Shown: positions 14,351 through 32,220 of the stretch, piece after piece
Numbering within the stretch: the stretch's first letter is position 1
Layout: each line of letters begins with the position of its first letter
Source: the human T2T-CHM13v2.0 reference genome, Homo sapiens
Assembly: GCF_009914755.1 (NCBI RefSeq)
Contig: NC_060925.1
Length of the DNA stretch: 64,000 nucleotides
Reading direction: 5' to 3' (one strand)
The notes under the pieces: generated by a model
The model's input: the letters and a program-made list of their open reading frames with translations, nothing else
The model's database searches: none
What the model was told of the DNA's origin: nothing
Position numbers and translations under genes: made by a program

Positions 14351-15129
14351 GCCTTCTACTTCCTCTCACAGCTGCTGTTTCATGGGCAGGCTGGCTAGTG
14401 GCCAAGGTACCGAGGTCTACCAGATGCCTGGTGGTAGCTAATGAGGTGCTGATGTAGAAATGGTTCTCTTACCCAGCTCTACAGAGGAAAACCACACCTC
14501 TCTTGAGATGCATTTTGTTTTAGGAAAGCTGGGGTGTGTGGTGTGTATCTGTGACTGTGCGTCTGTGATTCACATACTGCTAAGGAATCATTGCTATGGT
14601 CCAAGCTGGCTGAGTTTCCAGAGTGCAAAGATGGCCCTTGAAACTTTGCAGAGCTCTCTGAGGCAGGAAGTCTAGAGAGTTAACACACAGTCCCAGCTGC
14701 CTGATTTGGGACGCTTGCATGAGAAGGTACAGGAGACCTATTGCACTGCCCTGGGGACTTTAAAAGCTTGTGGGCTCCTGGCCAGGATAGCTGAGTATCT
14801 GGTATCCCCACATTACAAAGCCCCTCTCTCTCTGCCCTTCCAGAAAAAGATCCTGGGATTGTTATCACTACAACACCAGGGAGGGGTAGTAAGATTGAGA
14901 GGCGTCCTTGCCAAATTTTGTCCCATACCATAAATTATGGAGAAGAATGGAATACCATCTACTTCTCTACTTCTGCAGAATCGTTGTCCTTCTAGGCTGG
15001 GAGCACATTGGGCACCCCCATACCCCTACCAGGAATATGCAAGACTTGCTACAGTTACCTTCTCCGCTTCCTCATGTCCCTCTATGTAGTCTGGCCTCCA
15101 CTCTCGCTTCTCTCCTCCTCAGAATGCTC

Positions 15130-16000
15130 TTATCCAGACCACCAAAAAGCACTGACAAATCCGACAGATAGATAGTCTTTCTCTTTTCATGATGTCTCTG
15201 AAGCATTTGGCAGTATTGATCTCTTCCTCCATTTTGAAACTCTCTCTTCTCCTTAATTATTTGTTCAAACTCCCTCCCAGTTCTCCTACCTCTCTGTTCC
15301 TTCTCAGTCTCTATTGCAAGAGATCTTCTTTTCCTGTGCCCATCCTTAAATGTTGATGTTTGCCTGGTTTCGGTTATAGCTCTCCTCTCTTCTCACTCCA
15401 CTGCTTTAGCTAACATCATATGTGCTGATGACTCTCAATCTTTTTGCAGCCCACATCTCTACTGATCTCTAGACCCAAATACCCAACTTCCTGCTGGACA
15501 GCTCCACTTGGATGACTCAAAAGCATCACAAGCTCAGTGTATCCAACGCACCGAATTTCCAACAAATCTAATCAGCCTATGTTCTTATTTCAGGAAATGG
15601 CACCACTATCCATTCTCACCCAAACAAGAAATCTGGGAGTAATTCTTTTCCCTTCCCCTCTTAACCAGATATCTAATGAGTCGTCAAGTCCTGGCACTTG
15701 TGTACTGTCTTCTTTCCGAGGTCAGTTCCTTCCCCTGAGCCCTGATTCTCCAACCTCTCCCACCTCTGCAGGAACCTGGATCTTCATTCTCTTCACTGGT
15801 TCCTTCTTATCACTATTTAATCATATTCAGGTCTCTCTCATCTCTTAAAAAGTTGCCACATTGATCCTATTATTCTGTAAACTCATTCAACAAAGTGCCA
15901 GATATTTTTCTAGGTGGTATAGCTTCAGCACTGCATAAGTTACATAAAACCTCTCCCCTCAGAGATCTTACATTCCACTGGCAGACACAGATAACCCACG
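15130..16000. mobile_element. L2 fragments
   Basis: TGCTGATGACTCTCAATC...CAACTTCCTGCTGGACAGCTCCACTTGGATG...AAATCTGGGAGTAATTCTT are L2 ORF2/3' motifs. Confidence 0.65.
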
Positions 16001-16081
16001 CACATAAAGTGTCACGCCATTTTTAGAGCACCTACCGTGTGCCAGACACTGTATTTCATTACTTCATTTAGCTTTTACAAT

Positions 16082-17146
<1,065 letters not shown>

Positions 17147-18181
17147 TTTACGACAACCCCGTGAAGTAAGTGTTGTTATACCCATTTTGTAGATGGGTAA
17201 GCTAACGACTTGCTCAAGGTCATAGTAGCACAGAGCCAGGAATCAAACCCACCAACCCCACCCTGTCCTGAATCGAGGCTCTGAACCATGGACCTAGAGG
17301 GGAATGCAGATTCCTTTTGTTTGGAGAATGTTTTAAATATTTTCAGTAGGTACCTGCTGTGTTGAAATCCTTGGGTACGGACCTTTCTGGGAAGAGCAGA
17401 GTGCTCTATAACTAAAGCTTCTCTGCAGAGTGTCTAAGAGTAGCCTGCATGGGCTAGACAACCTCAATGCCTGTCCATGACCTGGACTCCAGCTTACAGC
17501 TGGAAGAATTGCCATTTGTGTCCTCTCCTTTTCTCTGCCCACCAATTTTTTTTCATATATTCCTTAGCGTCAGGTGTTGGGACCTCCTCTGGGAACTAAT
17601 CCATGTTCTGCTTTTAAATTAATTCCACATCTTGTCTGAGCTTACTGCCTCCTCCATTATTCAAGGAATTTAGCCTGCCAGTTCCCTATAATGGTATACC
17701 CCGTCTCTTTCCTCTTTGCTCTATCTTCCAATTCTCATAGGTGGAGCTGCGGTAGACATCCAGAAGTTGTGGGATTTTTTTTTTTTAGATCTCCTTCTCA
17801 GATGATTAGGGACCCACACTTGCTTGCAAAGGTGAATCCTGCAGACCTAGCTGGTTATAAATCCATCAGCTGTAGGAGAAGTTCTAGGCCTCAACCTGCT
17901 AACTGTTTCTGATGGTGTCAGAGTACATTGTTTCTCCTACCCCAGGACAGGACCTGAGGAGCTACATCTTATCCCTTTCTAACTTCTACTGGAAGGTGAA
18001 TGACAGGCAAAGCCTTGGTAGAATGTCCCAGACAGGCAAAAGGCAGTTTGGAACCTGTTGTGTGCTATAGAATCAAAAGTGATATGAACTGGTCTGCCAC
18101 AAGATTTTTGAGATACTGGAAATAAGGTTTTTGAAAACATTTATGGCAATTAGAGTAAGTTTATGTTGCTGAATCTAATAA

Positions 18182-18822
<641 letters not shown>

Positions 18823-20024
18823 TAAAAAGCAAAACCAACCGATCCCTCTTCACAGATGGTTTGAGAAGTGTCGGACTACAGTGGAAAGAACAGGTTTTCG
18901 AAGTGAATAGGGCTGGGTTGCTCAACCTTTCTGAGCCTCACCTTCCTCATCTGTACCTATCTTCCCCAGAGCTAAGAGAAATGGTGCATGGAGACAAAAA
19001 CATATCCAGGCATATGTGCTCCGCCAGAGGTGAAGACAGAGGATTGTGGGGACACAGAGAAGGCCCTTCAGCTGGAGGAGTGATGAGAGATTGACTGGGG
19101 AGACGTCCTGGTGAAGTCTGATGCCTGAACTATGCTGGGAAAGGTGGGGCTTCGGCAGCAAGACCAGACACACTGGTGGGGGCAGCTTCCTCCTTTGCAG
19201 ACCAGTTCCAGGCTCCAGCCTAAGAGCAGGAACTGTAGGGATGCTTAGAAGCACAGTCCCTGGTGAGAGCAGGCAGGCTGGCTGCATTCCTGTGGTATTT
19301 GAGGATTGATCTTGTCAGATTAGCAGCTTTGCTTTTTTTGGTTCAGGTACAAGATCCCCACGTGGGGAGTTCTTGCTGCTTGTGAAGAGCAAAAGCTGGT
19401 GAAAGCACAGAACATGATCCTGGCCCTCCTCCTGAGCTGTGTGAGGCTCCCAGCCAGGAGCAAGCAGCCCTGTGAGTTCCTCAGTGAGAGGGAGGGCCCA
19501 GGTCTGAGCTCCACCCACACAAGTCCCAGCGATGAGGCAGCAGCTCAGCAGAGAGCAAGATGCTGGCACCTTCAGGACTGTGTCCTGCTTTCCCTACTCT
19601 GTCTGCACCTGGGGAGACAGGTCACTCTCTGACTGGTCTCCCCAAATAAATAGCCAGAGCTAGAGGGGAGAAGGAGGGCTGAAGCCTTGCCTCCCCACTG
19701 TGGAGGCAGGACATGAGTCTATGCCTGCCTGCCATGATGAGGGCCCTTGGCTCTGCCTTCTGCCCTGATGCAGGCAAAGAGTCCAGATCCAGGCAAATGA
19801 AGTGTCAGAGGGAAGCCACGGCCCTACTCAGGGAGCCTGAGTTCAGTGAATCTCTCAGGAGAGAGGTCTGGGCTGGAAGAAAACAAATTGCACGTAGGTC
19901 CATACACAGCCCCCAGAGTGTGGATGAGATTGTCCAGGGTGATGTGGCGAGTATTGGGCCACGTGGCCTCTGTTCTCAGGAGTTCCTGGTCAGGGAAACA
20001 CACACCTGACAGTTGGCAGCATCA

Positions 20025-20582
<558 letters not shown>

Positions 20583-21959
20583 TCAGAAACCAGCTCTGAT
20601 GAGGGCTGGCTCTGTACCTGCTGTCTCCACTGGCCTTGCTCCCATGTGTCCAAGGTGACTATGATCAGTGAGGTTCTGGCCAGGTTAAGGGCTGTCTCCA
20701 CCACATTCCCCGTCTCCATCACCCATCCTCATGTGTACCTCAAGACCAGCAAGAGGGATTAAGGGCAGGACTCTGCCAGCTATATGTTCACCCTTAGGCC
20801 GCTTCTGACCATCTCAAACCCCCTGCCTCTGCTCCTGTGCCCTTCTCTTCCTGCCCTGTGGCTGTTGCACACACAGGGGTCCCTGATACCCAAGTCCCTT
20901 CCCCTGAAGGGCTTCTTTCTGCCCCTCCCTACCCCTGAGGGCGTATGCAAGGAGAATGACCACTGGTTGGATCAGGCCCCATGAGCCCATGTGGGCCTCC
21001 TGATGGAAAGAATCCTTCCTCCAAAGCAATGACCTTTTTAAACATGGTCAGCAGCTGCCTCTGGTTTAGCCAGTTCTGCCTGTAGCCTAGTCATTTTGGG
21101 GGCAAAATGAAGAAGAGTGCAAGAGGCAGTAGGGTAGAGCACAGCAAACCGTGACCCGCACTCAAGGCTGTGGGGAAAGATAGCTCATCCAGGAGGCCTG
21201 GGCTCCTGACGCAGCCCTGTCTCCAGTGGGCCTGCTCCAGGAAAGTTGCTAACTCTCATAGAGATGCATTCCTTTGCTACCGCTCAGATTATTGAGAGGA
21301 AACACAGGGTTCAGAGACCCCAGCGTGGCCAAGGAAAGCTGTTGGCAAAGGCACAGCTGCATGTAGAGTGAGGTTCAGGAGCAAAGGGTGAGCCTTGCTC
21401 TATCCATCTCTGTTCCAGTCCTCATCAGGTACTCCACAGAGGAGCATTTGCTAAAGGAAGAAAGGTAGGACTGGCCATTTCTGCCATGCATCTGGATCCC
21501 AAGGGCCATCCTCCATGAGCAGCAGGTCTCTTCCTGTCTAGCCATGAGCCCCTTTCCCTAACCCCTGGAGTGCTAGATGCAGAAAGGGAGGGCAGTGGAG
21601 GGATGTAGGCTATGTGGGTTACAGTCACCATGTTCTCCCTAGCCAGAGGTTGATCATTTTTTCCAGCCTGTAACTGGGCCTAATTTCAGACCTTTTCTGA
21701 GGGTAGGTTCAGGAAGTAGAAAGCTTTTGAGCTGAGGCAAAAGTGGTCTTACTGTACTTAGACTGTCATCTGTTGGCACTGCGGTGAGGCTGGTCGGAGG
21801 ACGAGGGGTACATCTTTACCACCTGGCCTCACCGCTGTTTCACCGATCCCTGTGGCTTGACCTTGTGTGCCTGTGCCAGGTTCACAGCATCTCCTTCATG
21901 CTTTCTCAGCAAAGATGGAATACAGCTGGGAGCTCCTCTGCCTCCGTCTGGGCAAGTGA

Positions 21960-22180
21960 AGAGAGCTTAGGTTTTGAAATCAGGCAAACCTGGGTTAGAA
22001 TCCCAACTTTGCTACTTTGCTAGCTGTATAACCTTGGACAAGCCCTTAGTCATGTTAAACATCAGCCTCCTTATCTGCAAAATGCGAATAACAGCCCCCA
22101 TCTCATGGGCATTTATGGGGATAACACTAAATAATGTCCATGACATGTGTGTCCTGGTGCCTGGCATGCAGTGAGTGCCT
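21960..22180 (+). mobile_element. MIR
   Basis: CCTGGGTTAGAATCCCAACT...TAGCTGTATAACCTTGGACAAG...CCTTATCTGCAAAATG. Confidence 0.75.
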
Positions 22181-22555
22181 CGTCTGGGGTGGTAAGTGTG
22201 GTTCTGTCTTTATGCTCTGACTGCCTCAACTCTCATGGAGACCTTCCAGTAATATGTCTTGGTGTGGAGCTGCATACAAACCCAGGTGACTGGCATTTGT
22301 TGATACAGAAATACTTCCACATATTGGGAAATGTGGCTTTTGGCAACTCCAGCTACACAGGATGCAACCGATGACTCATAACTTATGCTGATGCTTCAAT
22401 TAATAAATTAAATTAATAATTTAAGCTGATGCTTCCTGGTGCCGTAACCCCTACATGCCAATGCCTTACTAACCCATAGTCTTTTATGCCTTTGTGCTGT
22501 GCCTGCTAGTCCCCCAACCTGGAGTGCTTCTCCATATTCTTTGCCTTAAGAACTA

Positions 22556-22885
<330 letters not shown>

Positions 22886-23335
22886 TCAGTGAGTAACTTG
22901 AACGTTGTCTGGCATCAAGCACAGCAGTCTCTGCTGAGAGAACTGCTTGTGGCAGGCCTCTCCCCTCCAAAGGGGCCTGGACAAGGCAGGCACTCAGCTT
23001 GGCCAGCTGTCCACATGCATGTGCTGTCTGGAGTGTCTGTCCTCACATTCTCCACCTTTAAAACTCCAGCTCAGATGTCACCTCCTCTGTGAAGCTTTTC
23101 CTGCCCTGGAGCTCCCCCAGCTCTGTGTGCACCTCTATCTGTAACAGTTCTGTGTATACCGCATTATAATTCCCTCCTGAGACCTTGTCTAATTTTTACC
23201 TCTATCTTACCCTCCATCACCACTTGGTGACTGACTAAACTGGGGACAGCTCCCATTTCTCTTGCCTTTATCCTATCACCACACTCCTTGCAGCTGGCTT
23301 GGGCTTGGGGAGGGAAATGGAAGCGGCGGGTCCTA

Positions 23336-23738
<403 letters not shown>

Positions 23739-24811
23739 CAGTGGACAGAGTCTAAAGTGGCTCTAAGGACATATTAAATTCTGGATTATTCTTCCTTCAA
23801 AACATTGAGTTTGACGGTCTCCCTCAGTTGACTCAAATAACTGGATATTGCATATCTGTCTGTTCACTCATGTAATACATTTTTATCAAGTGCTGGGCAC
23901 TGTGTGGGCACTGGGGAAATGGTTTTAAAAAACGCAGGCATGGTCCCAGCTCACTGTCTGGGGGAAGTAAATTGAAGTTGTAGCTCAGGGTTTCAGAGAC
24001 ATTCAAGTCAAGTTGAGAGTGAGAGATTTGGTTGGGTACTCCCTCACAGCTGCATTTCAGTGCCTGGCTCTGACCTGGCCACAGCACACACCATTGCTAA
24101 GTGTGGGGCTGTGGGGAGGCTGAAGCCCTGCACCCACTCCAGGCTGAAGGCAGTCACACAGTAGCTGTGCGGGCTGTGGCAAGAATGAGACTATGACAGC
24201 CCCGGAGCCTCAGAAAAACTGGCTTGTGAATGACTTTGCATGGACCAGGGTTATAGACAAACAGAAATGACATCTGAAAAGACTCTTCTGAGCAAGTCCC
24301 CTGGCACATTCACACAAGTCAAGTTCAAACAAAAGGCTGTTGATGACATTTCTTCGCACAAGTCACGAAAAGCTTCAGACCAAGGGTGAGCAGTTTCTGC
24401 TTCTGCAATTCGGAGATCATAAAGAATAAAGAATGGGTTGGGGAAAGCATAGCTCCATCACTAAGCCAGCTTCCGCCCCCTAAAATGGGGCCTGTCTGCT
24501 CAGTATGATGTTCTTAATCCTGGGAGACCCCACAGAGGCCCCAGTCTGGCAGAGAGTGTCCTCAGCGTGTGGGAGAAGCCTCCTCCTCCTCTTCCATCTC
24601 TGTGGAGCAGCGACCAGGCCTCCAGAGAAGAGCATGCTTGCATCAGTACCTCATAGATCCCAATCTGGACCTGCCCATGGTGACTGCTGCCCCACTTCCA
24701 AGCTCCAGAGACCCCAAGTATTCTGCCCCTCCCTGAACCCCTAAGCATTCACTGTCTACCAAGCCTTGTGCAGAGGTCTAGGGGAGAGTGACAGATAAGA
24801 AACTGAGTGGG

Positions 24812-25110
<299 letters not shown>

Positions 25111-25809
25111 AAAGAAACTGAGTGGGCAGTGTGGTTACTGTAGCAACAGAGCAAGCACAAGGAGCTGTGTGTGCTCTGATAAGGGCCCCTGACCAAACTG
25201 CAGGCAGGAGAGGCTTCCTAGAGATGGGGACACCTGTGCTGCCTATTGGAGGACAGTTAGAAACTGGCCAGGTAGAGAATCTAGGGAAGGGCAGGAATCA
25301 CATGGAGGGAAGGAGACACACTTGGAAGTAATTTGGCTGTTGGAGTACAAGTCCTTGGTAAGAGGCCTTGAATGTCATGCTGAGAAGTTTGAACTTTATT
25401 ATGAGGTCAGCCAAGGTTTCAAAGCAGGGAGGGAAGGACAGCATCAGATTTGTGCTTTAGAAAGGTCATTGCCTGAAATGGGGAGAAAGGGTTACAGGAG
25501 GTGGGACTGAGGAAGGTAATGCTTGGGAAGAGGTGATAAGGACAAGTTCATGTCATATTAGGGGAGGAGAAATGACAACATTAGGTGGCTGGTAGAGGGA
25601 TGAGTAAAAATGGATTCCTAGTTTCTGTTTCAGGCAGCTGGCAAGGTAGTGGCACCATTTCCTAACATAGGAAACACAGGGAGAAGAGCACGCTTATGGG
25701 GCAGCTGTTGAGTTCATCTGGGGAGAACGCTTAGCTTCAAATTCCTGCAGAACATCCCTGTGAAGCACCCAGGTCCTTTAAGGGATTTTTTTTTCCGATT
25801 TCTTCCTAG

Positions 25810-26133
<324 letters not shown>

Positions 26134-27114
26134 ATAACATTCTTATTTATAAGTCTTTATGCACCTTCCTCTCTGTCTCTGACATAGTGAAAGAAATTTT
26201 TTCATTACATCACATGAATTTGTAGTATCTATACCTTTTAGTCACCAAACTTCTCAACTTGAAACCTGTTTACTTAAACTTCCTTCCCTCCCCTTCCTCT
26301 ATTATTAATTTTATAAGCATTTCCATATATTTGGCACCATGCTGGGTACTAAGGATGAAAAGTAATACATAATCCTTACCCCAGAACTTGTCTAGAGTGA
26401 GTCAGACATGAAAACAAAATTAGAGAATGCTGACATGATGGTAAATGAAAGTCTAGGGTGCCACAAATACACAGAAAGGAGACACCTAATCAAAGTGAGG
26501 TGTCAGGAGGGGCTTTTTTCCTAAGGTAGATCACTGGGCTTTACTCCTCTTCTGCCATTATTGTTTACAGGACCTCTTGACCTTCATTCTGATCATCTAC
26601 TTCTAGCATTAAAGGGCCAAAGAAGACCTTTTCATTGGTTCGCTGGTGATTGCTGACTCACCATCATGAGGTTGAAAAGTAGTCTTTCTTTTTTGTTTTA
26701 GTTTTGTTTTTGGCACGGATTGGTGCCGTAAGTGTCAGTGGGTGGGATACATTATGTCAGTAGCTCCTTAAGATACGTGGTCTGTGGACCTGAAGTATTC
26801 ATGGCCCCTCAAGGCCACAGGCAACCAGAGCCAAGCAGCCGGGCCTTTTCCAGGGCTCCTGACCTCCTCTGGAATTATCACTGTCTGCCCCACACTCCCA
26901 TATATTTTCAGCACTGCCTGTTCTCAAAGACACCCAGGTAAGGACATGTCATGGCCCCTTTCAGCAGCCTGGGAAAATGCCTTGGAAGTTTCTTTTTCTT
27001 CCCTACTGTAAGCCTGCAGGACAGGGAGGATCTGTAACAGAGAATACCTGGGAGAAGCCATCTTTTGGGGGAAAGTGGTCAGAGAAGGATTTTTGAAGGA
27101 GGTGATTTTTTTTT

Positions 27115-27428
<314 letters not shown>

Positions 27429-27665
27429 TTAGGCAGTTGAAAAATGACAGGGTAGGTCTTCTAGACAGAGGGAATACATAAACTGAGAACATGATGCACA
27501 TAAGGACATTCAGATTACTGCACGTGGTTTGGTATGTTTGGCACATAGTGTTACATCCTAGATGCTGGAAGACAGGCTAGAAGTAATCTAGAGCAAGATC
27601 ATGGGAGACCTCACAAGTCACTCCAAAAGGACTCTAGATTATATCCTTAAAGATATGGGAAATTA

Positions 27666-28122
<457 letters not shown>

Positions 28123-28409
28123 GTAGGAAAATTGGAGGTGCCATTGGTTGAGGTAGAGAACCCAAGAAGAAGATCATTTCTTTCTTATATTTGATTTCTG
28201 ACTTTTGGGAGGAGGAAAGGGCAGAGATCATGAATTTGATTGTGTGCATAATGAGTTTGAGATGCCTCTGGGACACTTAAGGAAAGATGTAGATAGTCAT
28301 TTGTATATGTGGGTCTGGGGTTCCCAGGGAGAGGTCAGAGTTAAAGTGGGAGTTATCAGCACATAGATGAAGTTTTGGCAGTGGTGAAGTTGTGTGGGGA
28401 AGGTGTGTT

Positions 28410-28612
28410 AACTGGGTCCCAAATTGGCAGCTTGTAAGACAAATCTACCTGTAGACATGCTTTATGGCACAGTGTTTTAAAATAATGTGAATACTTTTAG
28501 ACAGTGTGTAATTCTAGCTTGCTCTAACCCTGCCCCTTCTTGTTGTCTTATGTCTGGCCCAGTTGACATATTTACCGTACCTTCTTGGCTCTTGTAGGCA
28601 TTTGAGTTGGTA
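28410..28612. mobile_element. hAT-Charlie MITE (MER102-like)
   Basis: Ends ...TGGCTCTTGTAGGCATTTGAGTTGG with internal GCACAGTGTTTTAAAA. Confidence 0.55.
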
Positions 28613-31600
28613 ATTTTTTAAGGAAGAAGAAAACAGAATGACCTAACTCTGAGGAATACCAATATATAAGGGTTGAATAGGATGAAGGAGAATAGGAAAA
28701 AATGGCTGGAAAGATTAGAGGAAATCAGAAGAGAATAGAATTTCTCTCCAAAATTATGGGAGGCTATATAGGCAACATACATGTATAATAAAGTATAAAA
28801 TGTGGATTCCACTTCATCCAACAATTCCACTTCTTAATATTGTACATACAAAAGTAATCATATCTGTGTATGCATTATTTTAATATGCTGTTGCAACATG
28901 TTTATGATAATAGCAAAAAACTGGAAACACCCTAAGTGCCTCTGAGCCAAGCATGATTCATGTAGTATTTCCCTATGATGAAATAGTATGTGGTCGTGAA
29001 AAATGTCAGACTGTATTTACTGGCATGCTCCCACAGTTTATTGTAAATTTGTTAAAAAGCAGGTTATGGGACACTATATATAAGGTAATTCCATTTATGT
29101 TAAATGTCTGTTTATGGAAGGAAAAGTCTGGAAGCCTTCACACACAAATCACAAGAACTTCCCAATAGCTAAATCTAGTAGACCTTTCTCTGGCCTCTGT
29201 TTCTTTGACCTGTCTGTGGCTTTTGACACAGTTTAACCTTTCTTGGCTTTCTGCTGCTTGTCTTTTTTCCCTAGCTTTAGTCCCATAGGCTGGCACTCAG
29301 GACTGAAAAATGGCAAAGTCATTCCTGGGAGAACCCTTCAAAACTAGCAGTTTGTTTAAACCCTGGGCATACCCAAAGCAGGGCACCTACTGGGCAGTTC
29401 TTCCTGGAAAGGAGCAGTTAGGAACAGTATCTTCCTGACCCTTACCCCCTTGAGTCTACATATCTCTTCTGGGATAAAACCCTTCCCAGGGCTCTGGGTA
29501 CAAGTTTCCTCTCCTTGCCTACCTCCCCCACCCTCTAGCAAAGTTGCCTGGCTAGCCCCTTTCTCCCACGCCTTCTGTTCAATCAAGGGGTTATTTTTAA
29601 CTGTGTTGTGTATACCATGCTTAAATCCTGGCAAAACACCAGAGCTTTGGAAGAGACACCCGAGATGGAAATAGTCTCCCACAACCCCTGGCCCCTTTCC
29701 AGAGCTTTTCCTTTTAAAGAGAGAAAACAACTAATCCAAACTGTAGACAGCCCAATGAAGAAAGTCCCTAGATGCTAGCACTGAGCAGCTGAACCCACAG
29801 CCTTGGCCATGACATTAGACTGGAGGCTGGATCTGCTGCCTCTTTGGGCCTATCTTCAGCCCAGGGTAAGTCCAAGGAGAAGATGGTTCTTGCCACTTTC
29901 CTGGGCTTGGTGGTTCTAGAACCCTGTATCGTGGAATCATGGAGATTACCTAGTCCATTCCCCACTTCCAATAGCTGGAAGTCCTTGACCTGCAGAAACA
30001 GCCCATTCATTTCAAGATACTCATCAGTAATTGGAGAGGTTTAACTATGAAAAGCCAAAATCTGCCTTTCTGCAGCTTCCCCCTGTGGTCTTAGTTCTGC
30101 CTGCCAGAGCCACGTAGGACGAGTCTAATCCCTTTTCTCCATCAGTTGTTCAGAGATTTGAAGCTGGTGATGTCTCTTGCCAGACATCTCTGCCCGTATA
30201 GGGTATCATAAAGGGCCCCTCCCTGTCACAGTGGTTTTCTTCTCTTGTCAGTTCCATCTTACGACTTTTCCCCTTTTGCCTTTAGGGGACACCCAAAATA
30301 GAGCTCATGCTTGCTCCAGGTGGCTTAACAGGGAGCATAGAAGGAGAAGCATCTCCCCATTTTTGATGCTCCTCATAATGCCTCACACCCAAAAGATGGT
30401 ATTTTCTTCAATGGTCATGTCCCACTGACCATAAGCCTATTCTTGACATGCTCTTGCCAAGCTCGCTCCCTTCCCACTCAGCACGTATGATGGAATGTGT
30501 GGGTCCAAACCAAGCGTGGCAAGGTAGCTGTCATTCTGGAGTATTTTGGATCCTCTTTGTTCTCCAATATAAACTGTTCGTTTCCTTTCTCTTTATCTTC
30601 CATAGATTTGAGGATTAAGCCATTCTGTTCTTGTCTAAGCAGTGCACATAAAAACAGCGACTGAGATAAGCCTAACGCAGAAACTTGCCCCCAACGCTAC
30701 AGGCAGTTAGCAGGGCTGTTCACCAGCTTCTGTCTCTCAGACCACCCTCCCTGTAGCCAAATCCACCTGGAAGGGCAGTTGCCTTATGCTTCCCTAGACC
30801 TTGTTATGGTCCGCATGTGGTATCTGAGAGCTCCAGGCAAGGACTCATGCCCTAAAGAAGAGCCACAAAGTCTAGAAGGAGCATTTACCCCAGAGTCAGA
30901 AATCAGAGGCTCAAACATGGCTCACCACCTTCTCTCTTTGGACAAGTCACTCAAACTCTAAACCTCAGTGTCTTCATCTGTAAATTAGGGGGAATGCCTG
31001 CCTACTTACTTCAAATGAATTTTGTGAGGCTAAAATGATATTGTATAATGAAAAACAGTTAAGAGCGAGGTGGTGATAATTATTTCATAAACATTTATTG
31101 AAACCCTGCCAATATGTAAGCCCTGTAAGTGACATAAGTAGGAATCCCATGAGCCCTGTTGAATTTTGATCCAGCAGGAGGTCTGCTTAGGCCGCCAGGC
31201 CGTCACAATCACAGGCCATGCTGGGAGCAGGGAAGCCCAGGTCTGGGGAGGGGAACCTGGGACAGCGCAGAGCACAGGCTTCCCAGAAGGGGCTGGAGTC
31301 AGGCTGAGAACAGACCACCTTCACTGGACTGGTCTGGTGTCAGGACACATGTTGTACATAAAAGGCCTGAAACCCAAGGGAGGCAAGGCAGGAGTGAGAC
31401 CTCAGGGGTTGGAACTGGAGATGGAGAAGCTCTTGGAGAGCTGTGTCTCTGGAGGGTGGGGGTGGGAGCTGGTTGACATGAGGCTGAATCTCAGGCCAGG
31501 ACCTGTGGTTTGTGCATGTGAACTGTTCCCAGGAGAGCCTGTGATGGGAAGACGATAGGCTTGAAGCTAGGGGGAGACATGGCCATGGAGTGAAGTGGGT

Positions 31601-32220
31601 GTCTGCAGAGAGGCAAAGTGGAATGTTTGCAAGGGCCACTGTGGAAAGGAGAAGAGGCTGGTACTAGGGAACCCCAAAACTGTTGAGCATGGAGAAGGCC
31701 AAGTGGGCCAGGAGTCTGTGGCAGCCACCTGTCTGCTTGTGTAGGTTTTCCCCAACAGGCTTAGTCCTCCCAGTACCGAGGTAAGGATTCTGAGAAGTAA
31801 CCCCTGTGCCAGAAAGCTTGGCCCAGATTGATTGTGCCTCCTAGGATTCATGTGTAGGAAACACCCTCTGTTCCTGAAGTGAGGAGAAAGGTGCTGGGGC
31901 TTGGGGCAGTGACAGGACTCAGGCCATTCCAGAAGGGAGCAGCCATGGCCCGAATGAGCAGCTGGCCACAGATAATAGTTCCCAGGACTCTCCTACATGT
32001 GGGACAACAGCAGGCTCCAGTGGATGGAGCACTCCAGCCTCTTTGGAATGAGGTGGCCAAAGTACTTGGCAGGATGTGCACTGTAACAACGAGGGGACCA
32101 GAAGAACCCTGGTAGAGAACTCAGGAGAAGGAGGCTAGGAATACAGCCAGGCAATGTGCTACATGAACCTTTGAGACTGAGACATGAGCCCATGGGTGAG
32201 GACTGTTGGACCTGTGTTAA

